DNA of 64,000 nt, from positions 31,372,001 through 31,436,000 of the forward strand of contig NC_043000.1 in the NCBI RefSeq assembly GCF_006345805.1, in the 5' to 3' direction. The notes under the pieces are model-generated. The model had not been told where the DNA came from, ran no database searches, and saw only the letters and a program-made list of their open reading frames with translations. Position numbers and translations under genes: made by a program. The DNA comes from Octopus sinensis. Lineage: Eukaryota. This document shows, one piece after another, positions 25,123-40,284 of the stretch. How positions within the stretch are numbered: position 1 is the first letter of the stretch; each line of letters begins with the position of its first letter.

Positions 25123-26099
25123 GCACGCACGCACGCACGCACGTACACACACACACACTTGCAAACATAAATGTATACTGATCTAGTGAATGCATAGACG
25201 TATACATCGCCACCCAAATTTCATGTTTGAACGATAAGATCGACAAACGTCAGACACTATATGACCAACGTCTCTCACGGAGAGACAATTGGAAGTCAAT
25301 GAAGTCAACGGACGTACACAGAAGTTCTGGTCACGCGCAATGTGTGTGGTGTATTGGAATAATAAGGTTTAAAAACGGGTTTTAAAGGGCACAGTCCTTT
25401 GTAAAACCTAGGAGAAATGGGATGCTTTACTTCGTATTTATATGCTTGATGATAAGTGCGAGGTAAATATTATTAAAGGGTTAGTAAAGAGGTCTAGGAA
25501 GGTGACAGGCTTTATCCTTACTCCAGGAATATAAGGAAGGGACGAGGTATTAAAATAGTAAAAATCTTAGAAGAAATAATACTTGCCTGTTAGTAAGAAA
25601 ATATTGTGTGCGAGATTGCGGTAAATATAGACAAAAACTTGAAACACATCAGATAAAATTATTAGATCAACAATTATAATTAAAGTGTGTAATATTTCAA
25701 TGTTAGCCAGTTTAAGCTGATGATGCTTTACATTTACAAAAACTTTCAGCGGTAAATACTTTTCGAAATGACGGCATTTTGTGAAAACAGTTTTATCTTA
25801 TATTTAAGAAATTGATGGGGTTACTGATTTTATTCAAAAGTCTTTTTCACAGCTGTACATAAACTACATCTTGTTGTCCCACTGGTTTACAGGTTGCAAC
25901 ATTCTAGAATTTTTGTACTGAATGTCAAAATCAATATCCTTTAAATACTACATATATTTTGAGAATGCTGTACGCTTCTTTCCTCGATGTCTGAAGGATA
26001 ATGCACAGTTGAAGTGGCAATGTTTAAACCAGAATACCTATTCCACAGCAAAAACACTCTCCAAACGAAGAAAATAACATAAAATAACATTGCACCTCA

Positions 26100-26730
26100 T
26101 TCCACCCAATCCTTCTCAACATACAGCAATAATCCTTGTGATTACTTGAAATGCTTGGCTTCAGCATCGCTGACGACTCTGCTAAACAAATATTTTTAAC
26201 ATAACAAGGACTGCATTTCAAAGTGTGACCTTTATTGTCAAAGGTAAGAAAATTCTTCTGATCACAAGTACAAACCTTTTACAAAAGTCAGGCGAGCCCA
26301 GAAACAGAGTACCTCTCCCACGTCTGCACTAGTACTGCTGCAACACACTCAGTTGTCCTAGATGAAATCCCGAAAAAAGACATTTATATGTAGAAGGATC
26401 GCAAACCTGCCATAAAACAGAAATCTTCGACAAGACGGCTTTTTATTACAATAATGCTTTAGCAGATTGCAGACTCAAAGGTAAAATTTCGTACAGCCCT
26501 AACCCCTTCCCGCCAAATAATGACCGTAACAATTACAGAAAGTTATTCAATAGAAACAACCTAAAAATGACTTACTGCTGTACTCTCAACATGAAAAACA
26601 TAGCATTCGAATCCACAGAATTTACTGAGCTAATTGCACATGCAGAAACACTGCCTGCTCCTTTAACCGGTCATGCAATAAGGAAGTGATGATATATGAA
26701 GCAGATGTTACCTCCACTTGACTGATAGAG
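26100..26730 (+). mobile_element. Degenerate PLE (RT thumb to GIY-YIG start on +, with a possible inverted EN C-terminal piece at 26100-26235)
   Basis: YKPF (26269), EIFDKTAFYYNNALADC..KGKISY, TYCCTLNMKNI, PLTGHC..MIYEADVTS. Minus strand has ICLAESSAML. Confidence 0.55.
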
Positions 26731-27451
26731 GATGTTAATGTCTGTGCATCTATACTTGTAACAAGGTCTATTGATGAAATATTCTAGTGAAAACTTTAAT
26801 TAAATTCAGATTTTAGAGATAAATAGAAATAATTACGTGATGTTATAATGATCAGTTTTCCAGTAAATATGATTACGAAATCAAGGTTTAGAAGGAAAGA
26901 GAATATCTACGGGTAGCAGAAACACGACCTGCAGCTAATATGTTCTGATTTAAGCTCATGATTCCAATTCTCGCTGAATTTGATTTTGTGAAAATACTGG
27001 AAAGTTCTTAACGAGAGACGGTAATGGCTCGTTTGGTGCCTCCAAATTTAATCAGTTAGTGGTGAACCAGCCCGACTTTGAGACACTTCGTAGGAATGTC
27101 TGTATTTATTGTTGTTTAAGCACTAGAATCCTATTTATTACAGAGGAATCAACTCTTGTTCTCATTCATTATAAAATTAGTTCCATAAAGAGATTAGATA
27201 CATTTCCCTGCACGCATATTTGAACTCTTCTAAACACTTGGGGTTAATTTACAGGACCGTTTGATAAGCTAGAAATAGAAGCGAAATATCCCTATAATCA
27301 CACCGTCTCAATAGTGGAAGGACGCGTTGAATAATGTGACCATTGACACAGTATCTAAGTATAAGAGGAAGACACACTTTGTTTATTGGTTGTTCTTTTA
27401 GAGATCAAATGGGAGCTAGACAACATCAACGCTAACAGCAGCAACAGTATA

Positions 27452-27790
27452 GGCGCAATGGCCCAGTGGTTAGGGCAGCGGACTCGCGGTCGGAGGATCG
27501 CGGTTTCGATTCCCAGACCGGGCGTTGTGTGTGTTTATTGAGCGAAAACACCTATAGCTCCACGAGGCTCCGGCAGGAGGTGGTGGCGACTCCTGTTGTA
27601 CTCTCTCGCCCCAACTTTCTCTCACTCTTTCTTCCTGTTTCTTGTCCCCGACTTCCTACGCAACCGCTGAGCCTGGATGCGCATTCATTCATCCGTCGAT
27701 GCTCTCGGTGTTGGGGCTTGACTTGCTTTCTCTTCTGTGGGTCTTACGAATAGCAAAGGACCACGTTTCGGACATCTCCCATCTTACGAG
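27452..27790 (+). mobile_element. SINE family B head with a different 3' body
   Basis: Head identical to 47411 onward; diverges after about 120 nt. Confidence 0.8.
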
Positions 27791-28186
27791 CTTTGGGACG
27801 AAGACCGTTCGCTCAACAGCAACAGCAGCAACAGCGACAACAACAGCAACAGCAACAACCATTGTTCTGAGTTGTTGGTCAAATCTATATACATTATTAT
27901 TGTTGTTGATGTTGATGACGTGAAGTTAACACACACCCAACATAGAGTATCTTGATTCGCAACCAATAACGATGTTTTGTCTTATCTCAAAATTAATTTA
28001 CAGTTTCATTTATTTGCTAAACATTTGATGTTTGTTTATTCATCTAGTGACGTCATGTCTTATATCGATGACCTAGACACCTCTGACTTCCCCAATCAGA
28101 GTCAAAATCGATTAAGATCATTCATGAACTTTTCAATCGTCGGAGAAATACGTCAAGTTGATATATTTGTATGTCTACTAACGAGG

Positions 28187-28253
<67 letters not shown>

Positions 28254-28254
28254 C

Positions 28255-28452
28255 GTGGCACTCTGTCGGTTACGACGAAGGGTTCCAGGTTCCATTTAAT
28301 CCGATCAACGGAACAGCCTTCCCATGAAATTAATGTGCAAGTAGCTGAGCACTCCACAAACACGTGTATCCTTAATGTAGTTCTTGGGGAGATTCAGCGT
28401 GACACAGAGTGTGACAAGGCTGGCCCTTTCAAATACAGGTACAACAGAAACA
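28255..28452 (-). mobile_element. SINE family B 3' fragment
   Basis: Homologous to 18910-19100. Confidence 0.8.
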
Positions 28453-29473
28453 TTTTCCTCTGAAATTAACAATTTAAAAAAAATCGGAAATGTTTCTCTC
28501 ACAGGTTTGAGTGCATAGTGACAAAACAAAAAAAAAGGGCCCAAATCGTTTCGGACTTGGGTAGTGAGTTGTGCTGGGAGTGAAAAAAATATAAATTTTT
28601 AAAACTTTTTTCTTTCTTTTTATGAAAAGATGCTTCCCATCATTCTGAAGATTTTGGTGAAAAAACATAGGAAAAAATCCCCGTCTAAACAGAGAAATTC
28701 CAACGTATGTGAGCCGGCTGATCCGAAATTCTGATTTCCAGAACCTTCCCGCCCCCTTCCAAATATTTTGCCAACAAATTTCTTTGTAATTGTTTGAAAG
28801 GTATTTGTATAAAATTTCATTAAAAAATACCTATTTTCCAGGAAGCTGAGGGGGAAAATGTCAGGTCCTATGAAACTCATCTCCAGAACCCATCGGAAAG
28901 CCTTTTCCAAAATATCTTTACATACACCCAATCTACAGCATATAAGCGATCCTTTGATGACAGTTTCGTTAAAAAGTATCCATTTTTCTGGAAGTTATGA
29001 GGCAACAAAATCAGTGGTGTATTAAACTGTATTTATGCCTTTTTCGATAAAAATTAACATTAACGGATTAACATTAACTTCCGTTACATTTCCAACGAAT
29101 TAACGGATTAACGACTAATATCATTTCGAGTAGTGATTTTTATTCCCATAATACTTAGCGCAGGACAGAAGGTGCAACCATTTGCACGGGTTAAAGAAGG
29201 AGTAAACATGCAGATCAGTAATCTTCCTTTATTAATTCTGGTAAATAGTTTCATTTACTAGTTTTATTCAATAAATTCATAACATATAATAGAGTTTTTT
29301 TTTTAGTTTTTAAATATTATCAACTTACGTTTCTCAAAATAATGGTAATATACACTAATATTGATAGGGGTAAATTTTGCAATAAATTATTAATTTCCGT
29401 AAAGTTTATATGGACAGGCGATTTAATTGGACGTAGTTATATTATAGTCGATCGATATATATATATAATATAT

Positions 29474-29505
<32 letters not shown>

Positions 29506-30040
29506 ATATATATATATATATGTATGTATGTATGTATGTATGAGGAGAGAGAGAGAGAAAGCGAGAGATAGTGAGACAGAGACAGAGAGAGATATACTTA
29601 CACCTTAACAGACTTGTGCTCACAAGCCATGTTTTCGCAGTCGTCTTGGCAAGATATTTGGACAGAAATGCCAGTCGATACTCGAAATAGCATCGCCAAA
29701 CAAAATAGAGAAAATATTGCAAAGACTTTTTTGGTGGGGCTCCAGCATTTTCATAATGTAAATAATGTAACCCCTACAGAATGCATGTATGTGTGTGTGT
29801 GTGTGTGTGGATGTGAATGCATGTGTCGATACTGGTGATATGGGTGTGCATGGGTCCTTAAATCCTTAAAAATGTTTTAGCCCGAAGGCCGCGGCCATGC
29901 TGGGGCACCATGTTTGCGGTGGGTGGGTGGGAGAGTGGGGATATATCTTTCTATTCTTTTAATTATGCCACTAAAGAAATAATCGGTCTTTTACTGTGAA
30001 AAGGTCTTAACGACAAATGTGCTTCAAACTTTGCAGAATA

Positions 30041-30441
30041 GGCGCAGGAGTGGCTGTGTGGTAAGTAGCTTGCTAACCAACCACATGGTTCCGGGTTCAG
30101 TCCCACTGGGTGGCATCTTGGGCAAGTGTCTTCTGCTATAGCCCCGGGCTGACCAATGCCTTGTGAGTGGATTTGGTAGACGGAAACTGAAAGAAACCTG
30201 TCGTATATATGTATATATATATACATGTGTGTGTGTTTGTCCTCCTAGCATTGCTTGACAAACAATGCTGGTGTGTTTACGTCCCCGTCACTTAGCGGTT
30301 CGGCAAAAGAGACCGATAGAATGAGTAGTGGCCTTACAAAGAATAAGTCCCGGGGTCGATTTGCTCGACTAAAGGCGGTGCTCCAGCATGGCCGCAGTCA
30401 AATGACTGAAACAAGTAAAAGGAGTAAAAGAGTAAAGAGTA
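30041..30441 (+). mobile_element. SINE family A, full length
   Basis: Head ggcgcaggagtggctgtgtggtaag, B-box-like ggttcagtccc, CORE-like centre, (AGTAAA/AGAG) tail. Confidence 0.9.
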
Positions 30442-30803
30442 ATACTTTTATATATTTCAGCAAAGCCCAAACGTTTTAAATATTTTGTACACACACACAC
30501 ACACACAAGCGCGCACGCACACACACACACGCACACACACACACACACACAAACTCGCACACGAAAACACATTCAAACATACATATAAATACAGAATCAG
30601 TTACACACACACACACGTTTGAAATCATTAGCGTATTTGAATACGCTGACAGACTTTTAAGAAGTGGACTTGACGTAGTTGAGGCAGGAAAAAATGTCAG
30701 TTTACGCGATTAAGGAAAATTATATCTATAGTAGTGATGAATAGAAATTGGCACATACATACTATATTATATATATATATATATATACATGCATATATAT
30801 ATA

Positions 30804-30874
<71 letters not shown>

Positions 30875-30950
30875 CATGCATATATAATATATATATATCC
30901 CTATACATATAGACATGTAGAAATAAATGATATATATATATACATTATTT

Positions 30951-31115
30951 TGTTCTTTTCTTTGTTTCAGTGATTTGACTGCGGCCATGCTGCAATACCG
31001 CCTTTAGTCGAACTCCAGGACTTAGTCGTTGTAAGCCTGGTACTTTTTATATCCGGTTCTTTTGACGAACCGCTAAGTTACGGGGGCGTAAACACACCAG
31101 CATCGGTTGTCAAGT
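30951..31115 (-). mobile_element. SINE family A 3' fragment
   Basis: Reverse complement of the family A tail. Confidence 0.75.
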
Positions 31116-31658
31116 GACACATACATACATATATATATATATATATGCATATATATATATACATACATATGTGTACATACCAATACATGTATACATATAC
31201 AAATATGTGTGTGTATGTATATTATATAATTATACACACACATGCAGTGGACGTATGTGTGTATATTTATACATACATACAGGCATACATACGTACATAC
31301 ATACATACATACATACATACATACATACATACATACATACATACATGCACACACACACACAAACATACACACACATATACATATATAGAGATGTATTAAC
31401 ATGCCGAAATGTGTATATATGTGTTATGTAGGTGTATGAGTATGCAAATATATGCAGATGAATATTATTTTTAGAGTTAACTATTGTTCTTTTACTTGAA
31501 GCTTGGTGCCAGAAGGCTGTCATCTGATAACATATTAACGTAGAAGGTTTTGCAAACTTGATATACCATCTGACAAGCACCTCTTCAGCGCTAAACTTGA
31601 AGTAATGGAGTAGTAATCATCTTTTACAACAAATGATATACACACACGCACACACACA

Positions 31659-31697
<39 letters not shown>

Positions 31698-34600
31698 CAC
31701 ACACACACACGCATGATTGAGAATATATATAAATATATATACAGTCTATGTATTGAATGCGGTTTACATTGGTCGTATCACTACTCTTCAGCGCACTTAT
31801 ATACATACAAGCCTATACTTTGGTTTTATAACGAATACATGATAATGGACTCAATACTATATTGGAGTGTTATAGATTCACCAAATAGGTTTCGAGAATA
31901 ATATAGTGTTTCCTTTGTGCCATCTTTGAAAGAGTTTATATAGCGGTAAAATGGCGTTTTAAAATTAGTTTTCTTTTAAACTGATATGAAGCACAGGACA
32001 ACGTTTCTAAGGTGCAGCGGTTTGATACCCATTGATGATGAAAGGGACATGACTCTGTATTTCGCCATTTGACAATTAGAGTTATTTAATCATTGGTTTG
32101 TTTTGCTTTGTAGGTTTCTATGGTTATACAATGAAATAAGTTTTCTTATGGAAGGTACTTAGAATGGCTGTCTTTTATAACGCTTCTATGGAATAATTTA
32201 TAAAATGTCTCCACTTGGTGGGATTGTTTTTTGTTTAAAGGTACGAATTGTTTGGTTACGCTGGTTATAGAATTTTGGTTGCACGGTGGATTAAACCAGA
32301 ACATATTCCTACCTTTTATGCAAATATTTTATTATTTGTTGTTGGTGAGGGATATGCTATGGTGTGTTTAATGTTGCCATGCGTAAGTGCTTCATTGTTC
32401 TTGTTTTCAGCCAATAAGTTACTTCATTATAATAGAAACTTATTAAAAGGTTACACATATTTATGTCTTCATTCAATAAAATTTAGTAGATTGTCGGAAT
32501 ATGAAAGTACATTTTGAGATTGATAGCTAAATTTTATGTAAGATCGGGAGAAACCGTAGCTTAGGTTCAACACTGTATCTTACTGATAACAAGTTTCTTT
32601 TGGTTAATTGAGAAGCAATTCAAGTTGACTACGCCTCTTTCCTGAGCATGTCAACTTTTCATCGTTTCTTCTTTTGGAAGACATTTGATCATCGTCCAAG
32701 ATTCCTAGGCTCGTTATATTGTCCATCTGAACTAGATTGTTCAGGGGTAATAGGTTTACGATTTTCTGTACCTTAGCTTCCTCGTAAAACTGATGTTTTA
32801 TACGAAAAACAAAAATGCTGTCTAAACAAAAATGCTGTTTTAACACACACGCGTGCGCCCCCCCCCACACTGAAGTGTGTGTGAGGTTTGTATTGTATAT
32901 GGTTTATACAAGGCTGCTCAAAGTAAACAGCACCTGTCTTGGAGAACATTTCTTTTATTTTTCGTTTTTGCTACAGTAAATGAATTAATTAAAAGCCGAG
33001 AAGAGAATAAAGTTTTGCAACTAACTTAAATTTAAAAGACTGTTTATTTTCCACTTGGTGAAAATTTAATTTTTTAATTAATAAATTTGAACGCGATCAG
33101 TCTGAAAGATTAGCGGATAAGAAACGAAATTCAAACAAAACTTGGAGACTTTTTACAGCTGTTATACTAATTAGCAGTTATAATGACAAACCATTGACCA
33201 TTCCATGATTAAAGACTGTTAAGCGATTGACAAAATTTGATTATTGAACTTAAAATGTGTTGTACTCTCAACGTACTTTGTGTGCGGTTCCTTTATTTAA
33301 TTGAAATTTATTCAAAGAAAACTGAATCGAAGATATAATTATACGTTTGGTGTTCTTCATGCAACCGCATCTTTTGTGAATTTTAAGACAAAGTTATGTA
33401 CGTATTGATTCCTTATATAGACACTGTACTATTTGGGGAAAGATATGGTCAATTAGATCGAACTCAGTATACAATTGATGTGTTATTTTATCGATAGAGA
33501 GAGACAGAGTTAAAGGCAAAAGTGATGTTGGTAATATTTGAACATACAATGTACAAGACGTACTAAATGAAAGAAAAGAATGCAGTCATCCGTCACTCAG
33601 TAACGATTTGGGCTTCGTAGCAGGATGTATCATGCTTTTATTAAGTGTTTTAGGTGCTTGTGTAGACGCGAGGGAACGTTTTGGTCTCCCTAAACCCTGA
33701 GGCAGTCGAACATTGAGGATGTGACAGCCAGAGGAAAAGAGAGCCGTACCGGCACTAGGATCGTTCTTGATGACGGCCACATAGACTGCAGCAACGTGAA
33801 ATGAAGTTCTTTGCTTAAGAACACCCACAACTTTAGTCTTAAGCCGAACTCCAAACTATCAGACCGCTCGCCTTCATGTATATAGACATGTGTGTATGTA
33901 TGTATGTATGTATGTATGTATGTATGTATGTATGTATGTATGTATGTATGTATGTATGTATGTATGTATAAGATAGGTAGACAAACAGATAAATAGATAG
34001 ACAGACAGACAGACTGATAGATAGATACATAGATAGATAGACGTGGTTGCGAAGCGATCTTTTAACGCACATAATTAGGTTTGCAGTTTTTTATTATTAT
34101 ATATTTCTTTTTTAAAAGCTGAGGGAAAATTGCGGCAAGTATAACCTCTGATTTCTCCCAGGTCGATGCCATATTATTAGAAAACTTACCAAATAAATAC
34201 ACGTGTGTTATTTTCTGATTATATGTGGAATGTTTAGCTGTCAGAAGCCTTTTTCGACCAGTTCAAGAGATTTAAAGGTTGCATGAGATCTCATCATAAT
34301 CTTAGAAAATCTTAGCAACACATTTCTATCACAAACGGCTACGTCGTTGATCAATCAGTAAAAATATCCTTTCCAGCATATATTTACGATTTTATTTATA
34401 TTTTTTTATGTATTTGTTTATTCATTCATGCAGTTTAATGATGGACTAACGCCGTACAGCACTAGAAGCTGTCTGGATTCATCTTCAACTTCTGTTATTT
34501 TATATATGTATGACTGGAGTTTCTTGATGTCAGTGTTGATGTAGTAATTACCAGCAGTTGTCAGCCGCTACCTTATTTTCCTGACAATGGAACGGATTTC

Positions 34601-35264
34601 CTCAAGTGATCAATCACTTCTTCTTAATGTTGCTACAAATATTGGCACTAAAAATATATTGGAGAATATTGATTGGTTGCGAGGGAAATTCCTGATTGTC
34701 GCATCTTCCTTCGTCTATTATAGCATTTCTTTTGGATTTATTCAAAACAACAACGCAGGCTGTATTTTTATCTTTCTTATCATATCTATGGTTTTAATTC
34801 TCCAAACCAGGAGTTGTGTACAAACAGGAATTAATGCTAGGTTTTCGGTCTTTTTATAGATTTTCTCTGAATTTACCGAAGTCAAAATTTATATTGATCA
34901 ACATATTACTTTCTTCCATTTTTTGTCAAGGTTCCAAAGTTTCCTTAATGCTAATGGCATAGATTCTTAGATGGTCGATAAAGAAATTGTGATTATCAAT
35001 GCTTTTGCAATCGAGAACCTGTGCACATCCCCCATGTACAAGAATTCCGAACTAGGTGATAAGGATCCCCGATAGGTTTACACCAATATGTGCTAGAAAT
35101 AACAGCCAAATTTCTCTGTATATGCAATTGAAACAGCATTAAACGAAAGTAACTGCCTGTGTAACATACTTAACCATACTTAACGTATATACATCACTGA
35201 AAGGTGTGATGCCATGGTTGTTGCTTGAGAAAAAACATTTTTATAGATAAGTTGTGTTAAAACA

Positions 35265-35605
<341 letters not shown>

Positions 35606-36319
35606 GGTAAAGACCTCCTTCGGTCATGAATGATCAAGGCAATGCAACTAGAAAGTTACCTTCCGAGGCACAAGTCCGGGCCAAGTTATTTATGGAAGGC
35701 CATCAGTCGCCCATGTATGACAGCCCCTCTTCTTCATGCCACATATGTTACCCAAGGGAAAAGCAAAGGCTGATATAATTTCATGTTAGCCTCATGAAGG
35801 GATGGTATCATCTAAGGAAATACTGGTTCAATCCTTAATGTTTTGTGAGGAATAGATTTCTTTAAAATAATAGATTTGTATATAAACTGCAGATTATATT
35901 CATGTAAAGGGAAAAGAAGAAAATGGAGATTTTTAATAAGTTAATAAGTTAATAAGAGTTTATTACCAACAACAAATCGATCATTATCCCTTACAGCTGT
36001 TTCAATTATACACATTGAAACTAATTAAATATTAAATTAATATTTCTGAGCATAATCTCTTCAGAGGCAAATAAATATAGCCTTAGGTGTTATGTATGTC
36101 TTTTTGTAGATTCATTGCAGCAGACTCAATGATACTGTCTATTGTTTGTGCTTATATGCGTCTGGGCGAGGGGTTTGCAGGCTGGTTGTAGGTAGGATGG
36201 AGTAGGTGAATAAAATTAGAGCAATAAATGAATGAATAAACAGAGATTATAGAGTAAATTACAATAGAAATAAGGTAAGGGAGTAAAATACATTTGTAAG
36301 CTGTGTATAAAGTTGAGTT

Positions 36320-36361
<42 letters not shown>

Positions 36362-36560
36362 ACATAATTACACACATATGTACCCACACGCTTTCATACA
36401 TTCATCTGTACGTTCATGCATATATATATATAATATATATATACACACACAGACACACACACACACACACACACACAGACTTTCACATTTATTTACATAC
36501 ATTTATACACACGCACATATATGCACACATATATACATATATAAATAAATATATATAAAA

Positions 36561-37392
36561 TGGTGCTCTTCCTTCCAGTCCGAGCTAAAAGCGATCAGAA
36601 AGGCCCTTCAAGAAGTCCCGACAGAAGAAGGTGTCTCAAGAGTGCGAATTGTCAGTGACAGCCTCTCCGCTTTGCAGAAGATTAAAGCAGCTCACCCATC
36701 ACTACCCTCCAAGACCAAAGACGAATGTGAAATCCTCATCCTCCTTTCAAACCTTAGTGACAATGGGTGCCAGATAACCTTCACCTGGTGCCCTAACCAT
36801 TGCGGAATCCCCGGCAACGACGAGAAGACCAAAGCCGGCACGGAAGGAGACCAGTCAACAGCCCACCACCACTACGACGCAGCGAAAGCAGTAATCTACC
36901 GGGCACTTAAACCACCTCCCTTCAAACATGAAAGAGTCAAGAGGATCTACGGCGACCATGGAGATAAAGTGAGCAGAACCGCTGATCCATTTCTAACCAG
37001 GCAGCTGCAGGTAACGTCCAGTAGACTTAGAAGTGGTCATCACCCGGACCTCATGCACTGGCTATACAAGATCGACCGAGCCATAGACAGAACCTGCAGA
37101 AAGTGCGGGGTGGGAGAGGAGACGGCGGAGCATGTCATCTACGACTGTCCACGGATCCATCGCCCGCCGCAAATGCCACCCCCACCCCCAGACACTCTGG
37201 CCAGTGAACCTCTCCTTGTCCTCCGGATCTGGGAAAAGTGGACTTCCACTCCCGACCTGCCAGACGTCTCCCAACCCACAGATCGGACGCAGTGAAATCA
37301 CCCTTACCCGTCTTGTTGCTTAACAACAACAGCAGCAGCAGCAGCAACAACAACAACAACAACAACAACAACAGCAGCAGCAGCAGCAGCAG
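36561..37392 (+). mobile_element. I-group (I/Nimb/Ingi-like) LINE 3' fragment: RNase H plus zinc knuckle, (CAA/CAG)n tail
   Basis: Open frame 36561-37295: SSFQSELKAI..AL, IVSDSLSAL, TWCPNHCGIPGN, RLRSGH, CRKCGVGEETAEHVIYDC. Confidence 0.88.
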
Positions 37393-37437
37393 CATCAGTA
37401 GCATGCAGCCCATTACATATGAAGGAACTATATTTCT

Positions 37438-37664
37438 GCGAACGGGCAGAAACGTTAGCGCGCCGGGCGAAATGCTTAGCGGTATTTCGTCTGTCGTTAC
37501 GTTCTGAGTTCAAATTCCGCCGAGGTCGACTTTGCCTTTTATCCTTTCGGGGTCGATAAATTAAGTACCAGTAACGCACCGGGGTCGATATAATTGACTT
37601 AATCCCTTTGTCCGACCTTGTTTGTCCCCTCTGTGTTTAGCCCCTTGTGGGTAGTAAAGAAATA
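37438..37664 (+). mobile_element. SINE family E (Meta-domain-like)
   Basis: gagttcaaattcc B-box-like; gtcgactttgcctttt/catcctttcggggtcgataa domain. Further copies at 49590, 59829, 60652 and 61840. Confidence 0.85.
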
Positions 37665-39406
37665 TATATTCAGTTCAATTTCTTTTCTAGTCTGTTCCTT
37701 AAAAGTAACTTGTTTTTGAGATTCACAATAAAATAGTTGAAGTTGATTAAACCAGATAATTTCTAATAATATTAAATTATGTAATTAGCCTCTAATTGCG
37801 TTTTTCGTTCATCTCATCCTTTTTTCTTTTTCCTTATTTCTTCTGTTAATGATATATTTGTTCTGTTGATGATATATTCAACTCCCCAACACCTGCCGAA
37901 CCTGACTGTCAGTTTCAATTCTAATTGAAGTCAGTGTTATGCTTCAATTAAGCCTCTAATTCCCCTCAGAAACACACAAATGTCACTAACTCATTTCTTT
38001 CGAGATATTTCTGGTTTCTTTTTTTTCTTTTGTTTTCTTTGTATTTTTTAGTCTCAAACCAAAAATGAATATTTATTTCGGTTGAGTTTGTTGTTATGCA
38101 GATACATGTCTGCTCTAATTATAGACAAACTTCTGTTCAAAATACATTCCTACCATGACCATCGCTTCATCCTTTTGTTTCTTCCAAGAGAGTATATCTA
38201 GGATATCACCCATGTACCCTTAAACAGTATACTGTGATGTTTTGTTGACTTGGCTGCTATTTCTAGAAGGTTGAGCAATCATGTAAGGCTCTGGTGGTTG
38301 GAAAAATATTTATCCCATTTCAACAGGCACCATGTTGTACAGATGTTCTCAGTGATGTTTGCTTCCTTAATTCTATTGTAAGGCGTTCAATTGGCAAAGT
38401 CGTTAGAGCGTCGACAGATTACTTTGCGGTAATCGTTTTGGCTCCCTAGGCTCTCAGTTCAAATCTCTCCGAGGTCAAATTTTCTTTTCATCCTGAAGTA
38501 TCAGTCATATTCTGACGTTGATTCTTCTTTCTACCTGCCTTTCTTTTTGAAAGAAATAGACGGTAGTTAAATCTGGAAACAAATGTCGCTCCATTGGCTC
38601 TAAAAATGCTGTAGAAGTACCTTATATCATTACGGAATCCCTACGATTCCATCAACAATTGAAGGGCCTGACAGATGACATGACAACCCTAATGTATTAA
38701 CCAAGCATGTAGAGCCCTATCGGCGTTGATCTCTGGTCAAGCTTCAAGATTATATCAAATACATTTAGCAACAGTCAGATAAAGATACACTGCGAAATAT
38801 GAGTTTCGGTGTCTCTGTGTGCATAAGCAAAATTGTTGACATGTCCAACTGCTTATTCGATGAGAAGAATGACCAATGACTATATTTAATAAGTCGTTTT
38901 CCTCCAAAATGTAGTCGACTTTGATTCTGGAAACGAAAGAAGCATTCATCAAAATTTATGCCAATAGGGATCTGTTGCTAGGTGGACGTACCACTACCCA
39001 ACCAGATGGACTGAACTACTTCAGAATAAAATGACATTACAGTAGAGACAACGCAGAACCAATCACACGATACGCATTACAATGGTTTTATTGGTGCTGT
39101 CATAATATTTCGTTACGAAGTCAACTTCGCCATCTTCAAGTCAATTGTTTTATTTTATAAATTTGTCAATTTTTAATCAAGTCGAACGAGATAGAGCTCA
39201 ACAACCCAGGCTACACAGAATGTGAATATGTACAGAGTTGGTTGTGGCTGGAAATATGTATGAGTGGAGCGAAACAGAGAGAGAAAGGGGGAGGCGAAAC
39301 AGAGAAAGAAAGCCTCAAAGAGAGAGAGAAAGACGGGAGAGATTTCTGTGGATGTCTGTGTAGGTGCGTGAAGGCGTATATGAATGTATGTATTTGTGTG
39401 CGTGCG

Positions 39407-39445
<39 letters not shown>

Positions 39446-39470
39446 CTGTGTAAACATATATACATGCACC

Positions 39471-39523
<53 letters not shown>

Positions 39524-39560
39524 TTGTGTGTATATATATATACACACATATATATATTTT

Positions 39561-39594
<34 letters not shown>

Positions 39595-39887
39595 CGCCTT
39601 CATTATATGATATCGATTTCTCCCAAGTCCAGACACTCTATTTAACTGATATTGAATAAATATTCAATTTTTATTCAATAAATAGAATTTAGTTTAAAGC
39701 ATTTATATTTTAATAGTGTTTGAATAGAATTCGCGGAAACACAATCACACAATCAGCATTGAGGTTTTTGTTGTTTTCACGTATAGCATTGCAAGAAAAT
39801 ATACTTAGTTTTATATAAACACGTATTAAAGATGGTCACCAACATACCAATGGATATTCTGTCTTCATGGGCAAACACATAAAACAC

Positions 39888-39926
<39 letters not shown>

Positions 39927-40104
39927 CAGATGCACACACGCACGCAGGCAAACACGTGCAAATATACGGATATGCAGTATACATACATATATACATACAT
40001 ACATAATATACAGATATATTATCTATAAATATATATATATATATATATACTACGTTTTTGGATTTGGTTTGCAAGATTCTTTATGTGAGTTCGTGTGTTG
40101 AAGC

Positions 40105-40284
40105 ATATTTTGTTGTGTCTGCGAGGGAGTCATTCTCTTTTAGTGCCTTATTACTTAACACATACACCGGTAAATTTTCCACTCATATACTTATTTATTT
40201 ATTTTTCCAAAATAAATGAGTGGAAACTTTGCTGGTGAGTATGTTAAATATAATAAGGCATTAATAGAGAATGACTCCCCAGAC

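Noticed and set aside
28450-29120. Possible non-autonomous DNA transposon internal region
   Set aside because: No TIR pair, TSD or coding motif could be identified.
31990-32870. Possible decayed retroelement ORF on the minus strand
   Set aside because: Only vague similarity, with many stops and no diagnostic motif.
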